A stretch of 64,000 nt of DNA from contig QPMI01000563.1 in NCBI GenBank assembly GCA_004431415.1, positions 62,001 to 126,000 on the forward strand, given 5' to 3'. The position numbers and the translations under genes were made by a program. Shown one piece after another: positions 1 through 11,665 of this stretch. This stretch comes from Cyanophora paradoxa CCMP329. Lineage: Eukaryota; Plantae; Glaucophyta. Numbering within the stretch: position 1 is the first letter of the stretch; each line of letters opens with the position of its first letter. Below the pieces are notes generated by a model. The model made no database searches, was not told the DNA's origin, and worked only from the letters and a program-made list of their open reading frames with translations.

Positions 1-249
1 GGGGACGGCGGGGGGCGGCAAGGAAGCGCTGGCGCGCGCGCACTGGAGGTCAAGCGCGTCGGCTGCGCCTGCGGCTGCGGCTGCGGCCGCGTGCCACGCG
101 CGCGAGACGAGGGATGCGTAGGAGCGGCCCTCGAAGCTCAGGAAAGAGAGGATGTGGGCGACGACGTCCAGCGGCAGCTCACCGGCCGCATGCGCCGCCG
201 CGCTCGACTCCGCCGCCGCCTCCAGGCAATGCTCGGGACTGCCCTCCAT
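1..249 (-). CDS. F-box domain protein, 5' part (runs off window start)
   Basis: ATG at 249 gives MEGSPEHCLEAAAESSAAAHAAGELPLDVVAHILSFLSFEGRSYASLVSRAWHAAA, matching the F-box pattern LP.DV..HI.SFL.......SLVSR.W. Confidence 0.75.
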   Translation of the reverse strand, partial: MEGSPEHCLEAAAESSAAAHAAGELPLDVVAHILSFLSFEGRSYASLVSRAWHAAAAAAAGAADALDLQCARASASLPPPAVP

Positions 250-879
250 CTTGTGTGCGGAATGAGCTCTCGACCGCCGTCCGCTGCTTCTTCCGCGCTC
301 CCGTTGCGGCTCTGCGGCGCGCGCGTGCGTCGCAGCTGCAGCTGGTGCTGAAGCTGCAGCTGTGAAAGCACGCAGGACCAGGACCCGTTTGCAGTCCTGG
401 TAGATCTAGTTGAAATGTGCTCCATCATGGCAGCCGACACGGCCTGGCGGCCCAAGTTTAGCGGCGCAGGGGAATTCTCGTGACCGCCCCCTCCCCCCCC
501 TCCTCCGCCACGCCCCCTCCCCCCCCTCCTCCGCCACGCCCCCCCCCCCCCCCCCCCCCAAGCCAGCCTCGGCCTGCTCGGCCTCGAGCAGCTTCAGCCA
601 GCTGCAGTCTGCAGCTTCCTCAGCTGAGGTATTCTCTATCTAGATCGAACCCGCCACTCCGGAGGGATCGCGCGACCCTCCCGCCAGTTGATCATAAAGG
701 TCCGTTGCAAGCGAACACGGCCGGCCCGTAGCCCGCAGCAGCGCCGCAGCAATAACGCTTCGTCGCGGGTGTTTCAGCCGTCGGGAACGCCCCGATATCG
801 CTGCAGCTCTCTTTGACCTCGCCCGGCCACACCGACCGCGGGCGTTAACGTTAGCTGTCGCCGCGGCGCCAGGCGGAGG

Positions 880-3540
880 ATGGGCTGCGAGGAGTGCGGC
901 GCGCGCGGCGCGTGCGGGGACCGCGAGTCCTGCGTCCGCACGCCGTGCCTGCAGCTGGAGCCGCTGGACCTGACGCTGGAGCCTGGACCTGACGCGGACA
1001 GGAAGGCCGCGCGCGAGCCGGAGCGGAAGCTGCGGCTGCTGGATTTCAAATCGCCCGGGACCCGCGTCTTCTATCTCGAAGCGCTCGTGCGCCATCGCAT
1101 TTCAAATTTGATCTCGCCCGGATTCAAATTCGCGCCCGAGCTCACGTGCGAATTCAATCAACAGGCCTTCTACGCGGCCTATTTCGCGTGGTTCTCGACG
1201 CCTCCACTGATCAGCGCCATCAAGGAGGATCTTCGTTCGTCCCCGCACCCGTACCCCCGTCTCCCACTCGAGCTTAGCGCACCCCGTCCCGGCAGACCTG
1301 TCCGAGCGCCAGATCCAGCTCAGCCACGCCGTCTGCATTGGCGGCGCCGCGTACGTTCTTAAACCTGTACCCCGGGCCCGCGACGTTGAATGTACCCCCG
1401 CCCAGCTTCGCGCGCCTCGCGATCGGCCAGACGTGCGATCGCTACGGGCCGCGCCTCTCCCACGGTGCCTTTGCGTGCGCATCGCACCCCCCCTGCCCGG
1501 CCGATGCGGCACCAGGCGTGCTGCTGGTCGCCTCCGTCCTCTGCTTCGTGCTGCTCGGCTGCTCCGCCTCCCCCGCCGCCTTCATCCTCGCCCGCCTCCT
1601 CCTCTCCGCCCTCGGGGTGCCCCTCGTCCCCCCCTCCCCCCGCCTCCCCCGCCTGATCATGATTCTCGTCTTTTAATTCACGTACCCTCGGCAGGCATCC
1701 CCCGTTGCGATCCGGGTGCACGGGACCGTCATGTTCGACGCGGCCATCCAGGGGTGCGCGAGCGCCGCTCGCTTCTCGACCTCGGCCCACTGTGCCCGTG
1801 CCCCGCAGCACGGTCTGCTGCTCCATGATCGGGTTCGGCGACGCCGGCGCCGGTGTCGCCCAGGTGCCCCCGCCCCTCCCCCCACACCCGGACCGCGACG
1901 TCGCCGTACGCCGCGCGATGCGGGCGGGGCGCAGCTGGCGATGCCGCTGGTGCGGCGGGCGTTCCTCTCGCTGGGCTCCCCCGAGGGCCTCGCCTGGCGC
2001 CTCGCCATGCTCCTCCCCGCCCTCCAGCTCCTCGCCGGTGCCGCCGCCCCTCCCCTCCTGCCCCGCCGGCGCCGCGGCTGACGGCGCCTCCCCGGCAGCC
2101 GGCGGGGCGGTGCTCCTGCTCACGGAGGACTGCCCGGAGGGCCGGTGGCGGCGGCGCGGGGCCTCCCCCGCGCCGCCGCCGCTGGGGCGGGCCTCGGGGC
2201 CGCGCGCGCCGCCTGCCAGGGGCCTCCTCTCCTTCCTCGACTCGAGGGGCCTCCTCAGCAGGAAGCGCGCCCCGGGCCCAGGCCGACCGCACCCCGCAGG
2301 CCCCGCCCGCCTCTGAGACCCCAGCGCAGCCTCTGGCTCCTCTTCCTCGCCTACGCCGCCAACTCCGGCACCGAGTTCATGATCCTGAACACCGTACCCC
2401 TCTCCGCTCCCCAGTCCAGATCGTCCCCTCCCTGATCCGTGCTGCTTCGGCCAGGCAACCCGCTTCTTCGAGAGGCGCTTCAACATGTCGATCGAGGTGT
2501 ACCCCTTCCGTCTCTCCCCCCTGCTTTCACGCGGCCTTATCCTCTTCCCCCCCCCCCCCCCCGCCCCCCCCCTAGCTGGCCGGCCTGATCGCCTTCGCCT
2601 TCTCCCCCAACGATCTCTACGCGAGCGTCCTCGGTACCCCCCTCCGCCCCTCCTTCACTCCGCCTCCTCCGACGGCGGGGCAGCCGGGGCGGCGTCGGAC
2701 CGGCTGGCGGCGCGGCGGGGCCCCGCGGGGCGCAAGTGGTTCGCGGTGGGGACGCTGGGGGCGCAGGGGGCGAGCGTGCTGCTGCTGGGGCTGGCGGGGC
2801 TGGCGGGCCCCCTCCCCGCCGTCGTCGCCCTCTTCTTCGCCTCCGCCGTCGCCACGCGCGCCCCCGCCCCGCCCCGCTCCGCTCCGCCTCCCTTACGGCC
2901 CGCGCCTCCTCGCAGCTACCTCGGCGTGGCGGCCATCTCCTGCCTCATCCCCCTCATCACCGACGGCGCGCGCGCAGGCTTCCCCCCGCGGGGGCGCCCT
3001 CTGACGTTGGGCGGGGCGCAGAGCTGCTGCAGCTGGGTGCGGCGAACGCGGTGGTGGCGACGAGCGGCGTCCTCTTCGGCTTCCTCCTCTCCTTCCTCTT
3101 CGGCGGCCCCCTCTCCGACGCCCAGGTCCCGCCCCCGCCCGCCCCGCCTTCCTTGCCCCCGCCGAGCTCGAGCGCCCCGCTGCTGCCGGCAGGCGTACGC
3201 GTGCGTGGGGGCCGTCGTGCTCGCCGCCGTCGCGCCCCTCGCCGCCATGCGCTGCCCGGGGCCCGCCCCGGCAAGCCCTCCAAGGTGCCTGGCCCTCGCC
3301 CGCGCGCGCGCCCCCTCGAGGGCCCTCCCCGCCGCCTCTGAGCGGGGCGGCAGGAGGCGGCTCTCGCCACCTTGCACGAGCTGCGGCCCGCGGCCCCGCC
3401 CGACCCGGAGGCCGCCCTCGAGGCGCCCCGCCGGCCCCCGCCCGCCCGCCCCCAAGCACGCCCCCGAGCCGCCCCCGCCCTCCCCCGCCCGCCCCCCGAG
3501 CCCTGAAGACGCCCCGCGCGCTGCTCTTCTCGAAACTTGA
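880..3540 (+). CDS. Divergent NRT2/NarK-family MFS nitrate transporter-like protein (multi-exon)
   Basis: Stitched exons LRLLDFKSPGTRVFYLEAL, AWFSTPPLISAIKEDL, FARLAIGQTCDRYGPR, GFGDAGAGVAQ, AWRLAMLLPA, EDCPEG, NSGTEFMILNT, ATRFFERRFNM and GAASDRLAARRGPAGRKW are colinear with plant/algal NRT2. The 3' end is approximate. Confidence 0.8.
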
Positions 3541-3658
3541 AGCCGTGCTGCCAGTGCTGCCACTGGGGCTTCTGGTGCGGGCGACCTCCCCGAGGGCGGC
3601 GGCGCTCTGGTACGGGACGCTCCCGCCTGGAGAGAGCAGGAGGGCGGCTGGGGCGCTC

Positions 3659-6600
3659 CTAGAGCTCGGCCTCCTCGAGCTCGGCGTCGGCGAGGCCGGC
3701 CTCCTCGAGGGCGGCGTCGAGCGCGGCCGCCACCGCGGGGCGCCGCCGGTACGGCCCCAGCTTGCGCGCCAGCGCCAGCGGCACCCACGCCTGCGCGCCG
3801 GGCACGAGCTCGCCGGGCCTGCGGCGCCGAGGAGCACGGCCTGGCGCGCACCTTGATCTGGATGACGTCGTCGAGGTACTCCTCGCTCTTGATCGTCCCC
3901 TGCTCGTGGATGAGGGCCTGGCGGTAGAGGATCGGTGGTCAGAGACGGAGGTACACGGCAGAGAAAAAAAAGGGGGGGCTCGAAAGGGGCACCTTGTACT
4001 GGCCGGCGCTGTAGGGGAGGAAGACTTCCACGGGAGTGAGGGAGCGCTTCAGGAGCTGCGAGGGGAGAGGCGCGTCGACCGCGGGGAAGAGCTGGCGCAG
4101 CAGGGCCGCGGGGGGAGTGGAACCTGCGTGAGGCGCTCCTCGAGGAGGTCGAGGCCCTGGCCGGTCTTCGCGCTGCGGGGGCGTGAGAACGCGTGGGGCG
4201 CGCGGGGCGGAGCGGAGGGGGCGCCTGATGAGGACGGGCTCGGGCTCGTGCCCGTACTGGCCCGCCTCGAGGGACCGCGGGGGGATCTCCGGCTCCTCCC
4301 CCTCCGCCAGGCGGTCCGCCTGCGCCCCGCCCCGCTCCGCGCCCGGGCGCCTCGGAGGGGAGGGGCCGGGGGCTGACCTTGTTGAAGACGACGAGCTGCG
4401 GCTTCTCGCTGATCTCCAGGTCCTCCAGCACCTGCCGCCGACCTCGGCCGGCGCCGGGGCGCGGGGCGGGGCGGGGGTGCGGGCCTCCCAGACGGTGCGG
4501 ACGTGTGCGGCGTGCATCGGGTTGCTCGCGTCCACCACGTGCAGGATCACGTCGCTGCGCCCCGCTTAGCCGTCAGCGCGCGGCGCGGGCGGCCCCTCCG
4601 GCGCCGCCCTCCCTCGCTCGCCTGTACTCTACCTCCTCGAGCTGCGGGAGCAGGGCGGCGCCGGTGAGCGGCCGGGGGGCAGCGAAGGGGGCGCGGGGCG
4701 GGGCGGGGGCGGGCACGGTGGCGCGGAAGGCGGCGACGAGGGTCGTGGGGAGCTTCTGGATGAAGCCGACAGTGTCTGCGCCCCGCCCCTGAGCAGAGGC
4801 TCCGGCGGGGCGGCGGAACGGCGGGGCGGGGCACCGGAGACGAGGACCTCGCGGCCCTCGCCGAGGCGCACCCGCCGCGTCGTCGGGTCCAGCGTCGCGA
4901 ACTGCCCGCCCCGCCCCCTCGCGCCGGCGGCGGGGCGGGGGCGGGGGCGGGGGCGGGGCACCAGCTTGTCCTCCGCGAAGATGTCCGACCCCGAGAGCGC
5001 GTTCAGCAGCGTCGACTTGCCTGCCGCGCGCAAGCAAGCCCCGTGAGGCCGCGGGGGCCGGCGGGGCGCGGCAGAGGGCGGGGCGGGGGGACCGGCGTTG
5101 GTGTAGCCGACGATGGCGACGAGGGGCGCCGGCAGCTGCTCCCGCCGCTCCCGGTACAGCTGCCTGCGGGGGCGAGGGCGCAGGTGAGAAGGGATGAGAG
5201 AGAAGCGGGAGGGGGAAAGGGGCGCACCTGTGGCGCCGGACCTCCTCGATGTCGCGCTTGAGCTGCTGAATGCGCTGGTCGATCAGCCGCCGGTCCACCT
5301 CCAGCTGCGTCTCCCCTGCACGAGGCGAATCGGGGGGAGCACACGGAGGACCCGGTGCCGGCGCAGCGAGGCCGCACCGGCGCCTCGGATGCCGATACCG
5401 GCGCCCCCGGCGCCCGCGCGGCCGCCCCCTCGCGCCTCCATGCCTGAACAAAGCGGGTGAAAGGGATTCGAGGGTAGGGTGGGGGCACCAAGGAGGCAGA
5501 CCGGCTCCGCTCGTCTGCGGGGCAAGGCCGGGGGGTCAGCGGCCGGGTCTGCAGCAGCGGGGTGGGGTGATGGGGGAGGCTTGCACCAGGAAGGTCGTGA
5601 GGCGGGGCTTGAGGTACACGTGCTGGGCCAACAAAACCTGGGGGGGATCAGGGGCAGGGGGCGGAGGGGTGCCGGCGCCGCGGACCTGCAGCTTGCCCTC
5701 CTTCGTGCGCGCCCGCTGGGCGAAGATCTGGCGGAGGCGGGGTCGAGCAAAAGGAGGGAGGGCGAGGAGGCGTTGGGGGGTATGCGGACGTCGAGGATGA
5801 GCTGGGTGCGGTCGATGACGCGGACCTCGCCCCCGAAGAGCTTCTCGAGGTTCCGCGCCTGCGCCGGCGAGAGCTGCGGCGCGGCGTCGGCGCCCCGGGG
5901 CGCGGCAGGGGGGAGAGGGGGGTACGCGGGCGCCTCGTCGTCGACGATGACGATGCGTGCGTCGAGGCCCTTCAGCGACGCCTTCACCTGCGCGGGCGTG
6001 CGCTCAGCCGAGAGGGGAAGCTGCGAGGCGGTTCGGCCTCCCCGCCCTCCGAAGAGGGCGGGGGGGGCCTCTTCCCCCCCTGCCCCCCTCGGGGCGGCCG
6101 GCAGCGGGGCGCGCCTCGAGGGCCTTGCCCGAGCCGATGTAGGACGAGGCGACCGGGTGATCCATCCGCTGGTACGTCGTCCCCACCACCTCAAGCCCTG
6201 CCCCCGAGGCCCCCGGTCAGAGGCGGGGCGGGGGCGGGGGCGGGGGAGGGGCGCCTGCGGTGCGGGCGAGCTCGGCGAGCTCCTCAAGGGACTCCGCGAT
6301 GCCGAAGTCCGACCGGCTGCTCTTCGCCTCCTGCGCCCGCCGCTCGGCGCTCGAGGCGGGGCTTTAGAGGGTGCAGCGCACCACGCCGACGAGGTAGCAG
6401 CGGTCGTACGGGCTCGACTCCTGCTTCTGCTGCTGCTGCGACTGCGGGGCGCCCTTGAGAACGAAGCGGGCGGAGCGGGCGGGCGAAGTGAGGAAACGGG
6501 TACCCGGCGGTAGGCCTCCTTGGCGGCCTTGCGGTCGCGCTTGGGGCGCGGCTCGCCCAAGTCCACCTCGATCTCCCCCGGCAGAGGCTCCCACTCGAAA

Positions 6601-7283
6601 TCTGCCCCCCCGAGCAGCTCAGAGGCGAGCAGAAGGCCGGGCGGGGCGCGGCGGACCGCCCAGATCGAATTCGAGGTCGTCCCCGTCTTGGGCCGCCGCC
6701 TCCTCCGCGGGGGGCGCCTCGGGCTCGGGCCGGGCGTCGGCGGCGGTCTTGCGGGGCCTGCCGCGGCCGCGCTTGGGCGGCGGGGGCGGCTCCTCGCGCA
6801 TGCCGAAGACGTCGACCTCGCCCGAGAGGTCCTCCCGCAAGCTCTCCTCGCCCGCCCCGACGCCCTCGATCCCCTCCAGCAGCGACGACACGTCGAAGCT
6901 ATCGTCATCCTCCTCGTCCGGCGGCGGCGCCTCGCTCTTCTTGCGGCCCCGCGCCTGGCAGCACGGGCCGAGCGGCGCAGGCGGGGCGGGGCCGGAGGGC
7001 GCCCAGTTGTGGGCCGGGCTCCGCAGCGCCGTCCCGGCGAGGAAAAGGGGTCTCCGGAGCGTCGCCCGGGCCCCCCGCTTAGCGGGGGCGAGGCCCGTGC
7101 TCCGTATGCCGAGCGCTCGTGCTGGCGCCGCCGCGAGCCACGGAATCGCGCACGGGGCTCCGATCGGCGCGATCCCGACGCTCTGCGGCGCGAGTGAGAA
7201 CGTGCGCGCCGAGCGTGGCAGCCACGACACGGCTCCATTCGACACCGCCGGCTCACCAGGCTGAACGCGGAAGTGCCTTCCAT
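3659..7283 (-). CDS. hflX: HflX GTPase, organelle (probably plastid) targeted, multi-exon
   Basis: Exons SLEELAELARTAG, YIGSGK, LSPAQARNLE, VIDRTQLILD, IFAQRARTKEGKLQ, GETQLEVDRR, VGYTNAGKSTLLN (G1), LFATLDPTTR (G2), DTVGFI (G3) and VFNK (G4). N-terminal Ala/Arg/Ser-rich presequence; TAG at 3659-3661. Confidence 0.93.
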
Positions 7284-8086
7284 TCGCATGCGCAACGTCG
7301 TTGAAGCGGCGTATAGCTAACGAGTTCAAGGCTCTCGATCCAAACGAGCCGACACGTACCCCACGTGCACGGCCACGCAGTTCGAATTCGGCGCAGCCGT
7401 TCGTTATTCGAAACTTGATTTAATATATTTAATTTCGCGCGCGCGGCGCCGGCGCCGGCGCGCGGCGAACGCTGCATGCGCAGCTGGCGCTGCAGCTGGC
7501 TTCGAGGTGCAGCTGGATCAACGGCCTAAACTCGGTGCAGCTGGATGGATTTGAACAACGTTTACATGTGTGGGGCCGGCGCCACCCGTGTCGGCTCAAG
7601 CCACTGATCTGAATTTCGAAGGCGCCGTGCGCGCCGCGTGCCCTAGCAGCGATGCGCATGTCCGGCGCCGGCTGGCCTGGTCTCGCCATGGCCAGCGCCG
7701 CCGACGCGCGCCAGGCCTCGCCAGAGCGCGTAAGAGGGGAGAACGAGCGCCGGCTGAAGAGGCGGAGTTGCGGCGGAGTTGCAGCGGAGACGCCGACGAT
7801 GGCCGCCGCCGCCGGGGCTTGCGCATGCGCAGAGCGGGCCCCTCGAGAGCTCCAGCCGGGAGAAGCGTACGGGGAACCGTTCCACGCACCCTCGATGCCT
7901 CCGGGCTCCAAGAGGACGCGATCGAACTCAAGGTCCTTCAGAGGCTGCGGCTGCAGCTGCAAATTCGAAGGCGCGCTGCTCAGCCGGGCAGCGCGGTGCG
8001 GATCAAGGGCGGCTATATGTATACTAACCTTTGAAGAAGCCGCAGTTGCTGGGTGGTGAGCGCAAAGAGTTCCGCGGGCGCCCCGC

Positions 8087-8773
8087 TCAGTCCGTGCTGC
8101 CATCGGAATCTAAGAACCGCTTCCGCTCTTCCCCCGACGGCCGCGGGCACGCCAGGAGCCGCGACGCGGCGCCGGGCTCGTCCGTGCGTCCAAACCACGC
8201 GTAGCGCTTCGACGCGAGGAACTGCGCGTGCGCACGGGCCCGGTGAGACAGGCTAGGCTCGCACAGGCGGCCGCGACCGCGGCCTTGGGCCACGTGCATT
8301 GTAGACGGCGTCCCGCAGCGGCGCGGGGAGGACGATGCCGGCGTAGAGAAGGCTCCACGGCAGCCCAAGGTTTGCGAAGATGCGAAGTGCCGCCGTCGAG
8401 CGCACGTAACCTTTCAGCGGCGTTTTCGGGTCCTTCCACTCGCCCTCGACGAGGACCTGGTTCAGGGGAGACGCGTTAGCTCTAAACCCGCGAGGCGACA
8501 CGCTGCTACACGCCGCGGGGCCGCACCATTGTGTCCTGGAGTCCGGAGGCGGAGAAGCCGGCGCGCTCGAGCAGCCGCCTGCCCGCGTCGCTCTGCTGGC
8601 TCGCGAAGCGAAACGCGCTGCCTGGATCGCGCTGGATCATGAATCGGACGAAGCTGTGGGGCGGTTCAGCGTACGTGCACATCAATCTACACGATTCACG
8701 GTGCGAGCGGCGGCGTCGGTGCGCACCGATGACAAAGGATGCACACGCCGTCAAACAGGAGCACCTTCGACAT
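8087..8773 (-). CDS. DCC-family (YuxK/DCC1-like) thiol-disulfide oxidoreductase
   Basis: MSKVLLFDGVCILCH (DxxCxxC), FRFASQQSDAG, RSTAALRI, LRDAVYN|FLASKRYAWFG; three short introns. Confidence 0.9.
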
Positions 8774-8970
8774 CGTTGGGGGCTGGGCGTAAAGCCGCAA
8801 CACGGTACCCGGCTGCGCTCTCCAGTACCCGGCGTCCGCTCTCCCCCTTGACAGTCATTCGTGTACCCGCCTGGCCCAACGCGCCGGACGCGGCGGACGC
8901 GCAACGCTCGGTCGGCGTGCGGTTGTTTTCTAGCTTTCAGCACAGCGATTCGGCCTCTAGTAGCCTGCAG

Positions 8971-10833
8971 ATGAGCGGCGCTCAGGCCATCGAGCTCGAG
9001 ACGAAGAAGTGGGCGAGTGGAGATGCGGGCGGCTTCCGCGTGCGCAGAGTAAACAAGGCCGATTGCGAATGCTTAATCGAGACTCCCGAAGGACTCTCGG
9101 TCCGCCCCGGCCCGCCCGCCTGAACGTAAATTAACCGGCGCAAGGATAACCGGGGAGGCAGGTAACGATCACGTTCTCTGACGACTACAAGAGCAGCGCC
9201 GGCGGGCAGGTGAGCGCTGCTGCTGCCGCTCGGAGCGCTTGCTGTGCCGCGCCTCCGTGGCCGGCCGCTCACGCTTGTCCGCAGCTTTTCGTGAGCTCAG
9301 ACGACGTCGATGCGGCGGACTTCGTGCTGCCGTGGCTGCAGGGCGCAATTGCGCATTGCGAGAAGCCGCAAACGTGCGCCCGCTCGCACCCGCCGCACTG
9401 CCTCCGATGACGAATACGGTCCGCAGGGTGAGCGCGCTCCTCACCTTCCTGGTGAAGACGTACAAGGAGCACAAGGGCGAGGGCGGTGATGGAAATGACA
9501 CGGAGGAGGCGGAGGAGGACGATGACGACGGCGGATTCGACTTCGGCGACGCGGCCCGCAAGGCGCGTCGACCCATCCGGCTCCGGTCCGGCCCTGTAGA
9601 TCGCCGCTGACCCGCCGCTGCTTCGCTCAGGCATCTAGCCAGCCGAGGTACTTGCGCGTCTGACCAGGTCGCTCCCCCGCGCGCACCCCTGATTGGCGCG
9701 CTCCGCTCGCAGCCCAAAGCGCGCGCGCCCGGCGGAGGCCTCCTCCTCCAACGCGAAGCCGAAGGAGCTCACGGCGGACATGTTCGTGACGAAAGGCGGC
9801 TCGCGGGTGCGTGGCGCCGCCCGGCGCCGCCGGCGCCGCCGCCGCCGCCGGGTGCGTGCCGGCGGCAGCTGAGGCGGCACGGCCTGCGCAGGTGGCGACG
9901 GAGCGGCTGCTGAAGGACCTGAAGGCCGTCCACCACAGCGACGCCAAGAACTACGTGCGCTTCTCGCTTCTTCAGCCCGACGGCTCTCTCTCTGTCTCTC
10001 TCTCTTTCTCTTTCTGCCGCCCCGCGCGACCCCGGCCGGTCCGCGCAGGGCTATGATGCCTTTCCGGTGAAGGACAACCTGTACCACTGGCGGGGTTCGC
10101 CCCCTCCCCCAGCCCGCGCCCCCTTGCCCTGGCCCCGCCTTAGACGCCCAGCAGTCATCCTGTTCGACTTCGAGAAGGGGAGCCACCTCGAGAAGGACCT
10201 GCAGGCCTACGCCGCGAAGACCGCGGGGAAGGTGCGCGGCCCGGGTACGCAAAGGTAATGCCTGCCGACGGGGGTACGCGCGCAGCCCGAGGTTGAGCTC
10301 GAGGTCAAGTTCCCCTCCGACGTGCGCTCCCGTACCCCCGTCTCGCCTCTCTCCTCCCGACTCGAGCTCCGATCAATCGCAGTACCCCTTCGCGCCCCCC
10401 TTCGTTCGCGTCGTCAAGCCGCGCTTCCAGTTCCACACGGGGCACGTGACCGTCGGCGGGAGGTCCGCGCGCCCCGACCATTCCTTCCCGTCCTCGAGCT
10501 CAGCCCCGCGCGGCAGCATCTGCATGGAGCTGCTCACCAAGTCCGGCTGGTCCCCCGGTCCGCCCTGCACCCGACGCCTTGTACACCCGCAGCTCGCTGA
10601 ACGCGCCCGCAGGCAACGACATCGAGAGCGTGATCGTGCAGATCCGCGCGGAGATGTACAACGGCGGGGTGCGCATGCGCACGCGGCGCCCGACTCGACG
10701 AGCTCGACGAGGCTGAGTGTGGGAGGGGGCGCAGGCGCGGCTGGACCCGCAGCACGCGGCACGGGAGTACTCGGAGCAGGAGGCGCAGGAGGCCTTCCAG
10801 CGCGTCGCCCGCCAGCACGGCTGGGCCGTCTGA
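8971..10833 (+). CDS. Ubiquitin-conjugating enzyme E2, UBE2Q-like
   Basis: ATERLLKDL, DNLYHWRV, YPFAPPFVRVVKP, GHVTVGG-SICMELLTKSGWSP (catalytic Cys), IESVIVQI, EYSEQEAQEAFQRVARQHGW; TGA at 10831-10833. Confidence 0.92.
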
Positions 10834-11039
10834 GCCCCTCCCGCCCGGCGCCTCCCCCCCGCTCGTCTTCCCCCGGCCCGCCCCCCCGCCCACGTCCCCT
10901 GTATTTTAGCTCGTTCCCACACCACACCGAAAATGAAGCCCAGTGCCGACCAGAAAGCACGCAGGGGACAACGGAAGTTGATCGCACGGCGGGCTTCCGT
11001 CATTCTCTACGCGCGGGCGCGGGGCGGGCTAGGCGGGGG

Positions 11040-11140
11040 GGCGGGCGCCCAAGGCGCGCCAGAGGTGGCCGCCCCACTCGGCGGCCACATATATCATGTG
11101 CCGCCCACTTTCCGACTATATTAATAGCAATCAACGCGAT
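11040..11140 (-). pseudogene. Degenerate duplicate of the terminal exon of the RMD1-family gene
   Basis: Reads LIAINI + 19-nt insertion + MIYVAAEWGGHLWRA versus LIAVNILIYVAAEWGGHLRRA at 11666-11752. Confidence 0.7.
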
Positions 11141-11219
11141 TCCGCCCAGCTGCAGGGAGCTCGCAAGGCAGCTTCAGTTAAGCTTAACTTAGTATACGTA
11201 TAGTATACGTAAGGCGCTT

Positions 11220-11580
11220 CGGATCCGGTCTGCGGCGCCAGCTAGCTATAGCGCTGCAGGCCACTTTACCGTTTTCCGTTTTCAGTTTTGCAGGTTATCG
11301 TGCAAGCTTAAGCCTTGAAGCTAGGGGCGCTCGAGCTCCGGATCCGGATCCGGCCGCGGTCTGCGGCGCCAGCTCCAGCTAGCGCTAGGCCGCTTTAAAT
11401 TTAAGGTTTTCCGTTCTCAGTTTTGCAGGTTATCGTGCAATTTTTTTTTTAAGCTAGGGGCGCTCGAGCCGCTGAGCTCCGGATCCGGATCCCGAGTCCG
11501 GCAGCGCTAGCTAGGCCGCTTTGAGGTTTTCCGTTTTCAGTTTTGCAGGTTATCGTGCAAGCTACTAGGCTAAGGGCGCT
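11220..11580. repeat. Three imperfect tandem units of ~120-135 bp with a conserved 35-bp core
   Basis: Core GTTTTCCGTT(T/C)TCAGTTTTGCAGGTTATCGTGCAA at 11271-11305, 11406-11440 and 11526-11560; the intervening sequences are related to each other. Confidence 0.9.
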
Positions 11581-11665
11581 TTCACGAAGAAGCTTGAATG
11601 TGTTCCACAGGGCGCTAATTATAAGCCGCCAAAGTTCCACATGTACATCTGCCGCGCCTCTAGAT

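Noticed and set aside
487-560. Poly-C/poly-G runs (also ~30820-30860 and 55300-55327)
   Set aside because: Simple homopolymer or low-complexity tracts, error-prone in sequencing, with no specific function supported
7430-8040. Possible gene between HflX and the DCC gene
   Set aside because: No recognisable domain or consistent exon chain was found
11220-11580. CRISPR-like array (35-bp repeat with spacers)
   Set aside because: The spacers are 85-100 bp and homologous to each other, there are only three units, the context is eukaryotic and there are no cas genes
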